Source: Elusimicrobiota bacterium (GTDB lineage: Bacteria; Elusimicrobiota; Elusimicrobia; UBA1565; UBA9628). From it: a stretch of 48,689 bases of DNA. The notes beneath the pieces were generated by a model that searched no databases, was not told the origin of the DNA, and saw nothing but the letters and a program-made list of their open reading frames with translations. Of this stretch, positions 1 through 9,266 are shown piece after piece. Both the position numbers and the translations under genes were made by a program. Each line of letters opens with the position of its first letter. Within the stretch, counting starts at the first letter, position 1. The stretch covers positions 1 to 48,689 of the forward strand of contig DAHVNA010000015.1 of NCBI GenBank assembly GCA_027319565.1. Reading direction: 5' to 3'.

Positions 1-519
1 GACCGAAGGAATCTCCTCTTTTTTATCCGCTTTATCCTCGTCTTTACTTACAGCCTTAACAGGTTGATCGGGAAAATCAGGGAAAAAATCAATCTTTGAA
101 CTTGGCTCGGGCTTTAAAATGGGCTCTATGCCCTGATTCGCCTCTGGATCCGCTTCCGTTTTTATTTCCACAAAGAAATCTTTCTTGGGGGTAATTTGTG
201 GAAGAGGCGGTTCAGAGAGTAGTTCTTCAATAATCCCATGCCCCACAACAGGCAATTCATCTGAAACCGGCTTCGGAGGCAAACTAGCGCTCATGGACGC
301 ATCCTTCGAACTCGGAGGCTCTTCTATGAGAAGAGTGGTCCGGGCTTCTTCGGAAACGGGATATTGACTTTCGGGAAAGTCCGCGAAATAGTCGCGCGGA
401 GGCTTATCTTTATTAAGAATGGAGAAACTTAAATCAACGGAATCTAAACGAGAATAATATTCTCGTTTTATCTCTTCAATCCTGGCCAAAGCGAGTTCTT
501 CGGCGGATTTTTTTTCCAT
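1..519 (-). CDS. Hypothetical Pro/Glu-rich protein, truncated by left window edge
   Basis: Read by hand (absent from the ORF track): open frame from ATG at 519 (MEKKSAEELALARIEEIKREYYSRLDSVDLSFSILNKDKPP...) to position 1 without a stop; GGAG/GAGG SD-like sequence upstream; alternative TTG start at 534. Confidence 0.7.
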   Translation of the reverse strand, partial: MEKKSAEELALARIEEIKREYYSRLDSVDLSFSILNKDKPPRDYFADFPESQYPVSEEARTTLLIEEPPSSKDASMSASLPPKPVSDELPVVGHGIIEELLSEPPLPQITPKKDFFVEIKTEADPEANQGIEPILKPEPSSKIDFFPDFPDQPVKAVSKDEDKADKKEEIPSV

Positions 520-639
520 TGCCTCATACTCCAATCTGCGCGGTGTAGTGCGTCTAACGCTTCTTTACATTCGACTCGCCGTCATTCCGGCGAAAGGGTG
601 ACGATGCGCAGAAATTCATTACGCCTACTAGTTCTAAAA

Positions 640-1497
640 CTATCTTGAAGGCAGCTGGGCCTTAAGCTTAGCCTGATACTGTCGGACCAGTTCCGCAATT
701 TCCGTTTTCATGCCTTCTTTGATGCGCTGCAATTCATCTTGCTTTATCTTATATTCGCTCAAGAGGTCTTGGCTTTGTTTTTTGAGATCCTCTTCTCTCT
801 TGTTGAATATCTCTCGCTGTTGGAGAGTCTGAGATTCCCAAGTCATGCGTTCCTGCATAAGGCGTTCCTGGAAATCCCGAAGCTCTTTTTCTCTCTGGGT
901 GAATTTCTCCTCAAGAGCGGTTTCTTTTTTGCGGAGAGAGTCGATGTGCTGGCGATGGTCTTCCTCCAAAGACTTTTTTCGGCTTTCCCAGGTTTTTTCA
1001 AGATCGGCCTCTTTATTTTTAAGCTCCTGGTAGAAAACCTCCATTTTTCGAGCCTGCATCTCATCGGACTGGGAAGCCGCCTTTAAATACTCGTCATGGA
1101 ACTTGACATTTTCGGCCTCTTTATCCGCCAAGGCTTTTAGAAGGTTGTCGATTTCAACCTCGCGGCTAGCCAGGGTTTTTTCAAGAGCCGCGATGCGAAC
1201 CGAACCGCGGCTAATCTGCGACTTTAACTCTAGAATCTGATCCGAAAAAAACTCGTTAAACTCCTTTGAAAGCATGTATTTCTGTTCCGAAAGAGTTTTC
1301 TGGGACGCGGCCAAAGCCTGGCCTAGGCGGCGAACTTCTCCTTTAAATTCCTCGATGATGGCTTCAAGGCCTACTGCGGCTGGAGAATCTTCCTCCCAGA
1401 GTTTGCGGCAAACATCGCTGAGACGACCCCAGACCTCGTCAAGCCTCTGGTGAGGATTCTGAAATCCCTCGGAATTCGCCATGTTCTCCATTTCCAT
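640..1497 (-). CDS. Coiled-coil hypothetical protein
   Basis: E/K/Q/L-rich heptad-like sequence over most of its length; start moved to ATG 1497 (MEMENMANSEG) behind AAGGGG SD; ORF-track start is 1542. Confidence 0.75.
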   Translation of the reverse strand: MEMENMANSEGFQNPHQRLDEVWGRLSDVCRKLWEEDSPAAVGLEAIIEEFKGEVRRLGQALAASQKTLSEQKYMLSKEFNEFFSDQILELKSQISRGSVRIAALEKTLASREVEIDNLLKALADKEAENVKFHDEYLKAASQSDEMQARKMEVFYQELKNKEADLEKTWESRKKSLEEDHRQHIDSLRKKETALEEKFTQREKELRDFQERLMQERMTWESQTLQQREIFNKREEDLKKQSQDLLSEYKIKQDELQRIKEGMKTEIAELVRQYQAKLKAQLPSR

Positions 1498-2767
1498 ATT
1501 TATCCCCTTTTTTTCTCTTGATGTAGCCGCGAACGGCCTCAAGCAACTCGGCCCTTAACTTTTCAACCCCTTCGGATTTTTCCTGCATCATTGATTGCCA
1601 TTCTTCTATGCGATTATGCCAATTTTGATCGCGTTTGCGCATAAATTCTTCCCGGTCTTTCCAAACGCGGTCCCTGCGGGAGACTTCATCTTCAAGGTCC
1701 TTAAATTTCTTGAGAAGAGATTCCTCGATAATATCCAAATCCGTTTGCCTTTTAGACCAACTTCGCTCATAAACCTGGAGTTTTTCTTCCGCCGCCTTTC
1801 TTTTGGCCGCCTCTTCCGATAAAAGGGCCTGGACTTCTTTGAGTTGATTTTCAAGCTCAACCGATTTTTTCTTAAGCTCTGAGACCAAGCTCATCGCCTC
1901 TCCAGATTTAAGCCGCCAAAGATTAGACTCGGTTTTGATCGCCTCTTTTTCTTTTTCAAAAATTTTGCGCTCTTCTTCCAGGCTTCTAAGGCGGATTTCC
2001 GCGGAGCGGGAAATATTAAGAGATTCCTCTCTTGCGGCATCTAAAGCGCGCCTCTCATGCTCAAGACTGCGGCGCAATTCCCCTTGCGTTTGTTTTAGCT
2101 GCGAAATCTCTTTAAGAAGACTTTCTTTCTCTTTGGCCCAAGATTCCGAGGCCTGCGCCATCCTCCATGAGGAAACCCGGGCCGTTTCCGCTTCCACTTG
2201 GCGACTTTGCATTTCCAGAAGATTTCGCTGTTGGGTCATGAATTCGTTAAAACGAATTTGGCGTTCCGCTTCCGCCTTTTCCCATTGTTCGGCTTGGCTT
2301 TTGGCTTGTTCATCCAAGGATCTTTTAAGGCGTTCATATTCCGCTTGGCTAGCCCTCATTTTAGCCGAATACTCTTTTTCCAGGGCGAGACGCCTCTGGT
2401 GATTTTCTTCTTCAAGCTTGGCCAACTCTAGCTCGCGAGCAGCAATAGCAGAAGCGCTCGCGTTTCCAGAAAGCCTCTCGGAAACCAAATCTTGAATTCT
2501 TTGTCTTAACCGCTGATAATAATCATCGCGCCATTTTTCTTCCTCATCGCGAACGGATAAGGCGCGCTTAAGAGCGCTTCCTTCTTCTTCCAACTTCTCC
2601 TTAATGTCCCCAAATTCCTTGATTTTCTTTTCAAAAGCGTTATTTTTCTCCTCAATGACCCTTAAGCGCTCAAGCGCCCAACGCAGGGTCATTCGAGCCG
2701 TATCCAGATTGTTAATGGATTCGACGCCCCCCCCCATCATTTTCTCCCAATCTTGAGCTTGTCCCAT
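1439..2767 (-). CDS. Long coiled-coil hypothetical protein
   Basis: 442-aa ORF, almost entirely charged helical heptads, no Walker motif, TM segment or signal peptide; true start may be the ATG at 2740/2737 behind GGGAGA. Confidence 0.75.
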   Translation of the reverse strand: MGQAQDWEKMMGGGVESINNLDTARMTLRWALERLRVIEEKNNAFEKKIKEFGDIKEKLEEEGSALKRALSVRDEEEKWRDDYYQRLRQRIQDLVSERLSGNASASAIAARELELAKLEEENHQRRLALEKEYSAKMRASQAEYERLKRSLDEQAKSQAEQWEKAEAERQIRFNEFMTQQRNLLEMQSRQVEAETARVSSWRMAQASESWAKEKESLLKEISQLKQTQGELRRSLEHERRALDAAREESLNISRSAEIRLRSLEEERKIFEKEKEAIKTESNLWRLKSGEAMSLVSELKKKSVELENQLKEVQALLSEEAAKRKAAEEKLQVYERSWSKRQTDLDIIEESLLKKFKDLEDEVSRRDRVWKDREEFMRKRDQNWHNRIEEWQSMMQEKSEGVEKLRAELLEAVRGYIKRKKGDKYGNGEHGEFRGISESSPEA

Positions 2768-2779
2768 AATATCAGTAGA

Positions 2780-2808
2780 GTTATAACAGAAGCCCCGGTT
2801 TTTTTCAA
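2780..2808 (-). promoter_or_regulatory. Putative sigma70-type promoter for the coiled-coil operon
   Basis: Minus strand TTGAAA-N17-TATAAC with extended TGn. Confidence 0.45.
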
Positions 2809-2885
2809 GTCTTCCTTATATAGGAGCTTATGCTATCCTATATATAATCGTCACAGATGGATATTTCTAATTTCTTACAAGAACC

Positions 2886-3647
2886 ATGAAAACGATCGCG
2901 GTTTTACCCGCCTACAATGCGGAAAAGACTTTGGGAAAGACCATTTCCGATATTCCCCCTAATAGCGTAGACGAAATCATTTTAGTCGATGACTGTTCCC
3001 AAGACGGAACTGTGGCCCTTTCAAAAAAACTGGGACTTACGACCATTGTCCATGAAAAAAACAAGGGATACGGCGGCAATCAAAAAACTTGTTATCAAGA
3101 GGCTCTTAAACGCGGGGCCGATGTCGTCATCATGATTCATCCCGACTATCAATATGACGCAAGACTGGCCCCCATCATGATTTCTCTAATCAAAAACGGG
3201 ATCTGCGATATTGTCCTGGGAAACCGCATTAGAACGCGCTGGGAAGCCTTGTCGGGAGGAATGCCCTTGTATAAGTATCTCTCCAACCGTTTTCTGACCA
3301 TTCTTGAAAACACCTGCACCGGACAAAATTTAGGCGAATGGCATTCTGGGCTGAGGGCCTATTCCCGCAAAAGCCTTGAGACCATACGCTGGGAAAACAA
3401 TTCCGACGATTTCGTTTTCGACCAAGAACTACTTCTCCAAGCCGCGGCCTGCCATCTTAAAATCGGAGATATTCCGGTCGCCGCGAGATATTTCCCGGAA
3501 GCTTCTTCGATTAATTTCAAAAGAAGCGTGGTCTACGGGCTTGCCACGCTTAGAATTCTCGCCCAATATGTCCCTCATCGCTTGGGCCTCGTTCATTTTA
3601 ACTGGCTTACGCCGCTCTCTCAAAACCCGGAAACAGCCTTGAGATAA
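2886..3647 (+). CDS. GT2 glycosyltransferase, DPM-synthase/polyprenol-phosphate glycosyltransferase-like
   Basis: [25 protein letters not shown] motifs, GNR...R, SGLRAY, F.FD.E; 253 aa without C-terminal TM helices. Confidence 0.88.
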   Translation: MKTIAVLPAYNAEKTLGKTISDIPPNSVDEIILVDDCSQDGTVALSKKLGLTTIVHEKNKGYGGNQKTCYQEALKRGADVVIMIHPDYQYDARLAPIMISLIKNGICDIVLGNRIRTRWEALSGGMPLYKYLSNRFLTILENTCTGQNLGEWHSGLRAYSRKSLETIRWENNSDDFVFDQELLLQAAACHLKIGDIPVAARYFPEASSINFKRSVVYGLATLRILAQYVPHRLGLVHFNWLTPLSQNPETALR

Positions 3648-5626
3648 TGCGGGATGGGAAATTCGTTTTTTTAATCGCGGCGATTCTGACTCTTTTTTTC
3701 GCAGTCTACACCTTCGCTTCTTATTTTCTCTCTCCGTTTTTGCCGGGCCTCTTGGCTTTTCTGGAACTTCTCCTCATCACCTCCGGCGCTTCCGGAGTGG
3801 GATGCCTGCTCGTCAAAGCTCTTGGTTTTTCAGACATTAGCCCTTCCCAGAAGACCCTGATCGGCGCAACCCTAGGACTTGGAATTTTGAGTCTAAGCGC
3901 TTTTTTTCTCGCCCTGATTCATTATCTCAACCTCATCACCCTCACCGCCTTTCTTTCTATTGTCTGGATTCTGGGGTTTACGGAGTTAAAAGCCTTGTTT
4001 TCATCGATGAACTCCACCAAAAAAATGCTTTTAAGCCGGCCTTTTGCGTCCTCAATTTCCCTTTTATCTCTTTTGCTCGTTCTTTGGTGCTGTTTAATTC
4101 CCCCCCATCAGTATGACTCCTTGGTCTATCATTTGCCTTTAGCCGCAAACTATGTCAAAGCCCATGGGCTGGTAAAGACTCCCTGGCTTTTTTACAGCCA
4201 CTTTCCCCAAAACGGGGAGATGTTGTTTGCCGTGTCTCTTCTCTTAAAATCAGACATTCTCGCCCAGATGTTCATGTGGTTTTCTCTTTTCTTAAGTTCC
4301 TGGTGGATTTTTGAGATCGCCCGCCTTGAGATTCCCATGGAAGCGGTGATACTCTCTATCGTTTTACTCCTCACTCAAAGTTCGGTCATGCTTTTATCGG
4401 CCTCTTCCTATGTGGAACCTTTGGTGATGCTGTGGACCACCGCCGCTGTTTTGTCTTTCCTCCGCTGGGAAGAGATTCGCTCCGCATCTCCCGATTCAAA
4501 AGCCTGGCTGATTTTATCCGCGGTTTTTTCCGGACTGGCCTTGGGAACAAAATATTACGCGGGAATTACGGTTGGAATTTTAGGAACGGCCCTCTGGGGG
4601 CGCATCTTTTTTCCCAAGAATCCCAGGTCTCAAGCCCTCAAAGACGCCGCATCTTTTACCCTGATTGTCACTCTCCTTTTTTCTCCTTGGTTGATTAAAA
4701 ATTGGCTTTGGGCCCACAATCCCTTTTTTCCTTTTTTCAACCCTCTTTTTAAAACCCCGGCAAGCGCCTGGAACCAAGGAGTCGCCCAGAATTATTTTAA
4801 CGCTCTTGCCGAATACCGCAGCGGACTCAATTACCCTCATTGGTTTGATTTTCCCTTGATGCTTTTAACCAACAGTCTTCATTTTGGAAGAGGCATGGAC
4901 GTTTTGGGAGGACTGGGCTGGGAAATTTTATTTTGGTCATTGCCTCTGGCTGTTTGGTTTTCCAGGAAAAATCAATTTTTAAGGCGCTTAGTCGCGTTTT
5001 CCTTGATTTATATCACGATTTGGTTTTTGACGGGGGTAGTCCTACGGTTTTTGATTGTCCTTTGTCCCCTTCTCTGCCTGCTAACGGGCAACGCCCTTGA
5101 AAAACTCAAGGAACGCCTCAGCCCTTCAAGCAAAATCATTTTAACCTCCGCGGTATCTCTCATCATTTTAACTCACCTTTTGCTTTTTCTTTTTGTTAAT
5201 TTTGGCGTCTTTGACGGCGGACAAATCTTATTGGGGCTTAAAAGCCGGACAGAATATCTCTCTCAAAGACTTCTTTATTATCCATGCGCCAATTACGCCT
5301 CCCAGCGCGCAAAACGAAATGATAAGATTCTCATTATGGGTGAACAGCGCAGTTATTATGCTCCAGCGGGGTCTATCGCCAGCTCTATTTTCGCGCCCAA
5401 CTTTCTAATTGAAGACTCAAACGCTTCCCACACAGAAAAAGAGCTTAAGTCAAAACTTAAACAAAAAGGCGTCACGGAAATTCTATGGGTCCCGGAAGAA
5501 ATGCGCCGCCTAGGGGATTCCCTAGGAAAATTCACGCCGCAAGGAAAAACCAATTTCCAGGATCTCCTTCAAAAATCTCCTATTCTTTACCGCTCAAGCG
5601 GCTGCATGCTTTTTTCCGTTAAATGA
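3647..5626 (+). CDS. GT-C-fold polytopic membrane glycosyltransferase (ArnT/PMT-like)
   Basis: Many TM segments, YDSLVYHL acidic loop, GLALGTKY, PWLIKN...NPFFPF, C-terminal soluble domain; coupled to the upstream GT2 by TAATG overlap. Confidence 0.75.
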   Translation: MRDGKFVFLIAAILTLFFAVYTFASYFLSPFLPGLLAFLELLLITSGASGVGCLLVKALGFSDISPSQKTLIGATLGLGILSLSAFFLALIHYLNLITLTAFLSIVWILGFTELKALFSSMNSTKKMLLSRPFASSISLLSLLLVLWCCLIPPHQYDSLVYHLPLAANYVKAHGLVKTPWLFYSHFPQNGEMLFAVSLLLKSDILAQMFMWFSLFLSSWWIFEIARLEIPMEAVILSIVLLLTQSSVMLLSASSYVEPLVMLWTTAAVLSFLRWEEIRSASPDSKAWLILSAVFSGLALGTKYYAGITVGILGTALWGRIFFPKNPRSQALKDAASFTLIVTLLFSPWLIKNWLWAHNPFFPFFNPLFKTPASAWNQGVAQNYFNALAEYRSGLNYPHWFDFPLMLLTNSLHFGRGMDVLGGLGWEILFWSLPLAVWFSRKNQFLRRLVAFSLIYITIWFLTGVVLRFLIVLCPLLCLLTGNALEKLKERLSPSSKIILTSAVSLIILTHLLLFLFVNFGVFDGGQILLGLKSRTEYLSQRLLYYPCANYASQRAKRNDKILIMGEQRSYYAPAGSIASSIFAPNFLIEDSNASHTEKELKSKLKQKGVTEILWVPEEMRRLGDSLGKFTPQGKTNFQDLLQKSPILYRSSGCMLFSVK

Positions 5627-6669
5627 TGAGTATTGACAACTGGCGTCTTTACGCAATCGCGATATTCTCATCATTCTTTTTGTCTTTTGGTTTGACTCCT
5701 CTTATCCGAAAAATAGCCCTAGCCATGGGCTGGGTCGATCGCCCTTCGTCTCCCATCAAAACCCACAAAGTTACGACGCCAGTCGTAGGCGGAATCGCCC
5801 TCTTTGCCGCATATGCGATTACTCTCATTTTCTTGCGGCTTTGGACGAAATTCCCAACCGGAACATTGCACAGCCTCAGGTCCTTGCTTATTGGGGCTAG
5901 CCTAATTTTCGCGTGCGGGATTTTCGATGATATCAACAAGCCCAAGGGTCTTGATTACCGCGTTAAATTTTTAATTGAGTTTGTCGCCGCATCCATCGTT
6001 TTACTCAACGGCATCCGCATCCGCTTTATTTCCCCCGCCTATCTCGCCTCTTTTTTAACCGTTTTATGGATCGTCGGAATTACCAATGCCCTCAACATTA
6101 TCGACATCATGGATGGTCTTTGCGCAAGTCAAGCCGCCATAGCGGCGATGGGATTTCTTCTTATTTCTCTTCCTTCCGAGCAGCTTTACGTCAATTTCGC
6201 TTCCGCCGCTCTGGCCGGAGCCGCGATTGGATTTTTACCTTGGAATTTTTCTCAAAAAAGGAAAATTTTTATGGGAGATTCCGGCAGCTTGGTTCTCGGT
6301 TTTTTGCTCGCCTGCGTCTCTTTAGGCACCCGTTATTCCGATATCAACCCCGCCGGCGTCTACGCCCCTATTTTAATTTTACTGGTGCCAATGTATGACA
6401 CTTTTTTCGTGATGATATTGCGCCTAATAAATGGAAAGTCGCCTTTCATGGGATCTAAAGATCACTTCGCTCTCAGGCTAGAAAAAATGGGCTATTCCCG
6501 GATTCAGGTTGTTTTGATCGCCGCCGCCTTTTCGGGCTTTCTCGGTTTTTGCGGGTTTTTGGCCACCCAGCTTCATCTGTTGGGAGCGATTATTCTCTAT
6601 GGGATATTAACCGTCCCTGTTTTATATCTTAGCCGCACTCTTGCCCGCGTCGTCATTTACGATGATTAA
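5623..6669 (+). CDS. Undecaprenyl-phosphate N-acetylhexosamine-1-phosphate transferase (WecA/TagO, MraY superfamily)
   Basis: TP..GGI, GIFDD, NALNIIDIMDGL, IFMGDSGS, D.HF..RL motifs; polytopic. Confidence 0.88.
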   Translation: MMSIDNWRLYAIAIFSSFFLSFGLTPLIRKIALAMGWVDRPSSPIKTHKVTTPVVGGIALFAAYAITLIFLRLWTKFPTGTLHSLRSLLIGASLIFACGIFDDINKPKGLDYRVKFLIEFVAASIVLLNGIRIRFISPAYLASFLTVLWIVGITNALNIIDIMDGLCASQAAIAAMGFLLISLPSEQLYVNFASAALAGAAIGFLPWNFSQKRKIFMGDSGSLVLGFLLACVSLGTRYSDINPAGVYAPILILLVPMYDTFFVMILRLINGKSPFMGSKDHFALRLEKMGYSRIQVVLIAAAFSGFLGFCGFLATQLHLLGAIILYGILTVPVLYLSRTLARVVIYDD

Positions 6670-7984
6670 AACCGATGTTTTGATTTTAGGCGGAGGCTTG
6701 GCGGGATTATCAACCGCTTATCATCTCAATAAAATTTCAAAATTGTCGTCTTTGATCATAGAAAAAGAAGCTCGCCCAGGCGGAACAGCCTCTTCCATCT
6801 CGAAAAAAGGATTTACTTTTGATTTTACCGGTCACCTGCTTCATCTCCACAATCCTTACGGCAAGGCCTTCATTCAAGACTTGCTCAAAGGAAATTTACG
6901 CGAACTCAAGCGCAGTTCTTGGATTTATTCGCATGAGGTTTTAACCCGCTATCCTTTCCAGGCCAACACCTACGGCCTTCCCGATCCAGTCATTGATGAA
7001 TGTCTGTTCGGATTTTTAAAAACCGTCCACCGCCCACGCGGAAACGAAAAAAAGACGAGCTCTCTCTCTTTTAAGGATTGGGCGCTCAAAAATTTTGGAG
7101 AGGGTATCTGCAAACATTTTCTATTCCCCTACAACGAAAAACTCTGGCAAAGACCCCTAGACTCAATGACGACGGAATGGCAAGGCCGCTTTGTCCCGGC
7201 CCCCAAGGTTTCCGAGGTTTTGCATGGAGCGCTCATGGACCAAAAGAAAGCTTTTGGATACAACGCCTCTTTTCTCTATCCTCGAAAAGGCGGAATCCAG
7301 TCTCTGCCCAATGCCTTAGCTTCTCGCCTGAAAAAGAGCCAAATAGTCCTTGACAGCGAAGTTCTCTCCATCGATTTAAAGACTAATCAAGCTCTGATCA
7401 AGAATCTTGGGATTGTCTCCTTTAAAAGGCTGGTCAACACCATTCCGCTAGACCAATTCATTTCTCTGATCAAAGATATCCCTTCCGGAATTGAAAAAGC
7501 GACAAGCGAATTATCCTCCAACTCCGTCTATTGCCTTAATCTGGGAGTTTTCGGAAAAGTGACGCAAAAAAAACACTGGATCTATTTTCCGGAAAAAAAA
7601 TATCCGTTTTACCGTGTTGGATTCTATCATGAGTTTTCTCCGTTCAACGCGCCCAAGAAATCAAGTTCTCTTTATGTCGAATTCTCAAGAAACTCTAAAT
7701 CCAAGGTCAATTTATCCCAACTAGAATCCTTGGCGCTCAAGGCCCTTAAGGATTGTAAAATATTAGGGTCTGAGAACCGCGTGATTGTTAAAGAATGGAT
7801 TCCTATTTCCTGCGGATACGTCGTTTACGACTTTAAGAGAACTAAAGCCTTAAACGTTATATTCCCCTATCTCGCGAGAAAAAAGGTGGAATCCATCGGA
7901 CGCTACGGAGCCTGGAAATATTCTTTCATGGAAGAAGCGATTATGGACGGAAAAAGATGCGCGGAGAAATTGGCTTTGTGCTAA
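6662..7984 (+). CDS. FAD-dependent oxidoreductase, UDP-galactopyranose-mutase-like (often annotated protoporphyrinogen oxidase-like)
   Basis: GGGLAG dinucleotide fold, FDFTGH, YPFQ, PYNEKLW, WIYFPE..PFYR, GRYGAWKY; start reassigned to ATG 6662. Confidence 0.75.
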   Translation: MIKTDVLILGGGLAGLSTAYHLNKISKLSSLIIEKEARPGGTASSISKKGFTFDFTGHLLHLHNPYGKAFIQDLLKGNLRELKRSSWIYSHEVLTRYPFQANTYGLPDPVIDECLFGFLKTVHRPRGNEKKTSSLSFKDWALKNFGEGICKHFLFPYNEKLWQRPLDSMTTEWQGRFVPAPKVSEVLHGALMDQKKAFGYNASFLYPRKGGIQSLPNALASRLKKSQIVLDSEVLSIDLKTNQALIKNLGIVSFKRLVNTIPLDQFISLIKDIPSGIEKATSELSSNSVYCLNLGVFGKVTQKKHWIYFPEKKYPFYRVGFYHEFSPFNAPKKSSSLYVEFSRNSKSKVNLSQLESLALKALKDCKILGSENRVIVKEWIPISCGYVVYDFKRTKALNVIFPYLARKKVESIGRYGAWKYSFMEEAIMDGKRCAEKLALC

Positions 7985-8565
7985 AAAACCAAAAAAGACC
8001 CCTGGTGTTCATGGATATTGAAAGCACCGGGCTTTCGACCGCAAACGATCGCATTATCGAGATATCTCTAATCAAAATGGAACCCAACGGCGTTGAAAAG
8101 TCATTTTCATCTTTTATCAATCCGGAAATCTTTATTCCCGAGCCCTCTTTCCGTATCCATCATATCACCAACGATATGGTCAAAAACGCGCCCACTTTCA
8201 AGGAAATCGGTCCTCAAATCAGAGATTTTATAGGAACTGCCGATTTAGGAGGCTACGGGATTATTAAATTCGACATTCCCATTCTCCAAGCTGAATTTGA
8301 CCGCGCTAAAATTCCATTTTTCATGGACGGCAGAAACGTCATAGACGCTTTAATTATTTTCCGACGAATGGAACGCCGCAATTTATCGGCGGCCTATCAA
8401 TTCTATTGCGGAAAATCGTTAGAAGGGGCGCACCGGGCCGAAGAGGATGTCCGGGCCGCCTGGGAAGTTTTTTGGGCGCAGATAAAGCGCTACGACAGTC
8501 TTTCAAAAGACGCCAGCGAATTAGACAGATTCTGCCGCGAATTCAGAAACTCCGAAAATCAATGA
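7978..8565 (+). CDS. DEDDh 3'-5' exonuclease (DnaQ/PolC-exonuclease-like)
   Basis: ExoI DIESTG, ExoII FD, ExoIII AHRAEED; GTG start at 7978 behind GGAG (ORF-track start 7957). Confidence 0.88.
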   Translation: MLKNQKRPLVFMDIESTGLSTANDRIIEISLIKMEPNGVEKSFSSFINPEIFIPEPSFRIHHITNDMVKNAPTFKEIGPQIRDFIGTADLGGYGIIKFDIPILQAEFDRAKIPFFMDGRNVIDALIIFRRMERRNLSAAYQFYCGKSLEGAHRAEEDVRAAWEVFWAQIKRYDSLSKDASELDRFCREFRNSENQ

Positions 8566-9266
8566 TTCAAAAGCTCCAACAAAAATCAAAGAAAGCGGTT
8601 GTTTTGTTATCTGGGGGCCTTGACTCCTCAACCGCTCTTTATTGGGCGCAGTCTCAAGGCTATGATTGCAGAGGTTTATCTATTGATTATGGACAGCGCC
8701 ACCGCCGGGAACTCTTATCGGCAAAAGCCCTGGCCCGGAAAGCCAATATCGAAATCAATCAAATTCGTCTCGATTTATCTTGGCTTAAAGTCAGCTCATT
8801 AGCCAATCAAAAAAAGAAACTGCCAAATTTGCCGTTATCAAAAATAGGACAAGGGCCGATTCCATCGACCTATGTTCCAGGCCGCAATACGGTTTTTTTA
8901 TCTTTGGGACTGTCTTTGGCCGACGCGATTGGGGCTAAAGCCATCGTCATCGGGGCCAATGCCCTCGACTACAGCGGATACCCAGACTGCCGGCCCAATT
9001 ATCTCAAAGCCTTTGAGCGAGTGGCTTGGCTTGGAAGTAAAAGCGGGGTTTCTGGAACAAAAATCAAAATCTTATCTCCTCTCTTAAATCTTGATAAATC
9101 GCAGATCGTGCGTTTAGCTCTCAAGCTCAAGGTTCCCCTTGAGCTCACCTGGTCCTGTTACGCCGGGAAAAAATTTCCCTGCGGGCAATGCGACTCTTGC
9201 AAGCTAAGAGCCAAAGGCTTTGCGCTGGCAAACGCCACAGATCCGGCGCTTCGAGTTTATGCCTAG
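8562..9266 (+). CDS. queC: 7-cyano-7-deazaguanine synthase
   Basis: SGGLDS PP-loop, YGQRH, TYVPGRN, DYSGYPDCR, TWSCY...CGQCDSC; ATGA overlap with the exonuclease gene. Confidence 0.95.
   Translation: MIQKLQQKSKKAVVLLSGGLDSSTALYWAQSQGYDCRGLSIDYGQRHRRELLSAKALARKANIEINQIRLDLSWLKVSSLANQKKKLPNLPLSKIGQGPIPSTYVPGRNTVFLSLGLSLADAIGAKAIVIGANALDYSGYPDCRPNYLKAFERVAWLGSKSGVSGTKIKILSPLLNLDKSQIVRLALKLKVPLELTWSCYAGKKFPCGQCDSCKLRAKGFALANATDPALRVYA

Noticed and set aside
640..2767. SMC/SbcC ATPase
   Set aside because: No Walker A/B or signature motif in either coiled-coil ORF.
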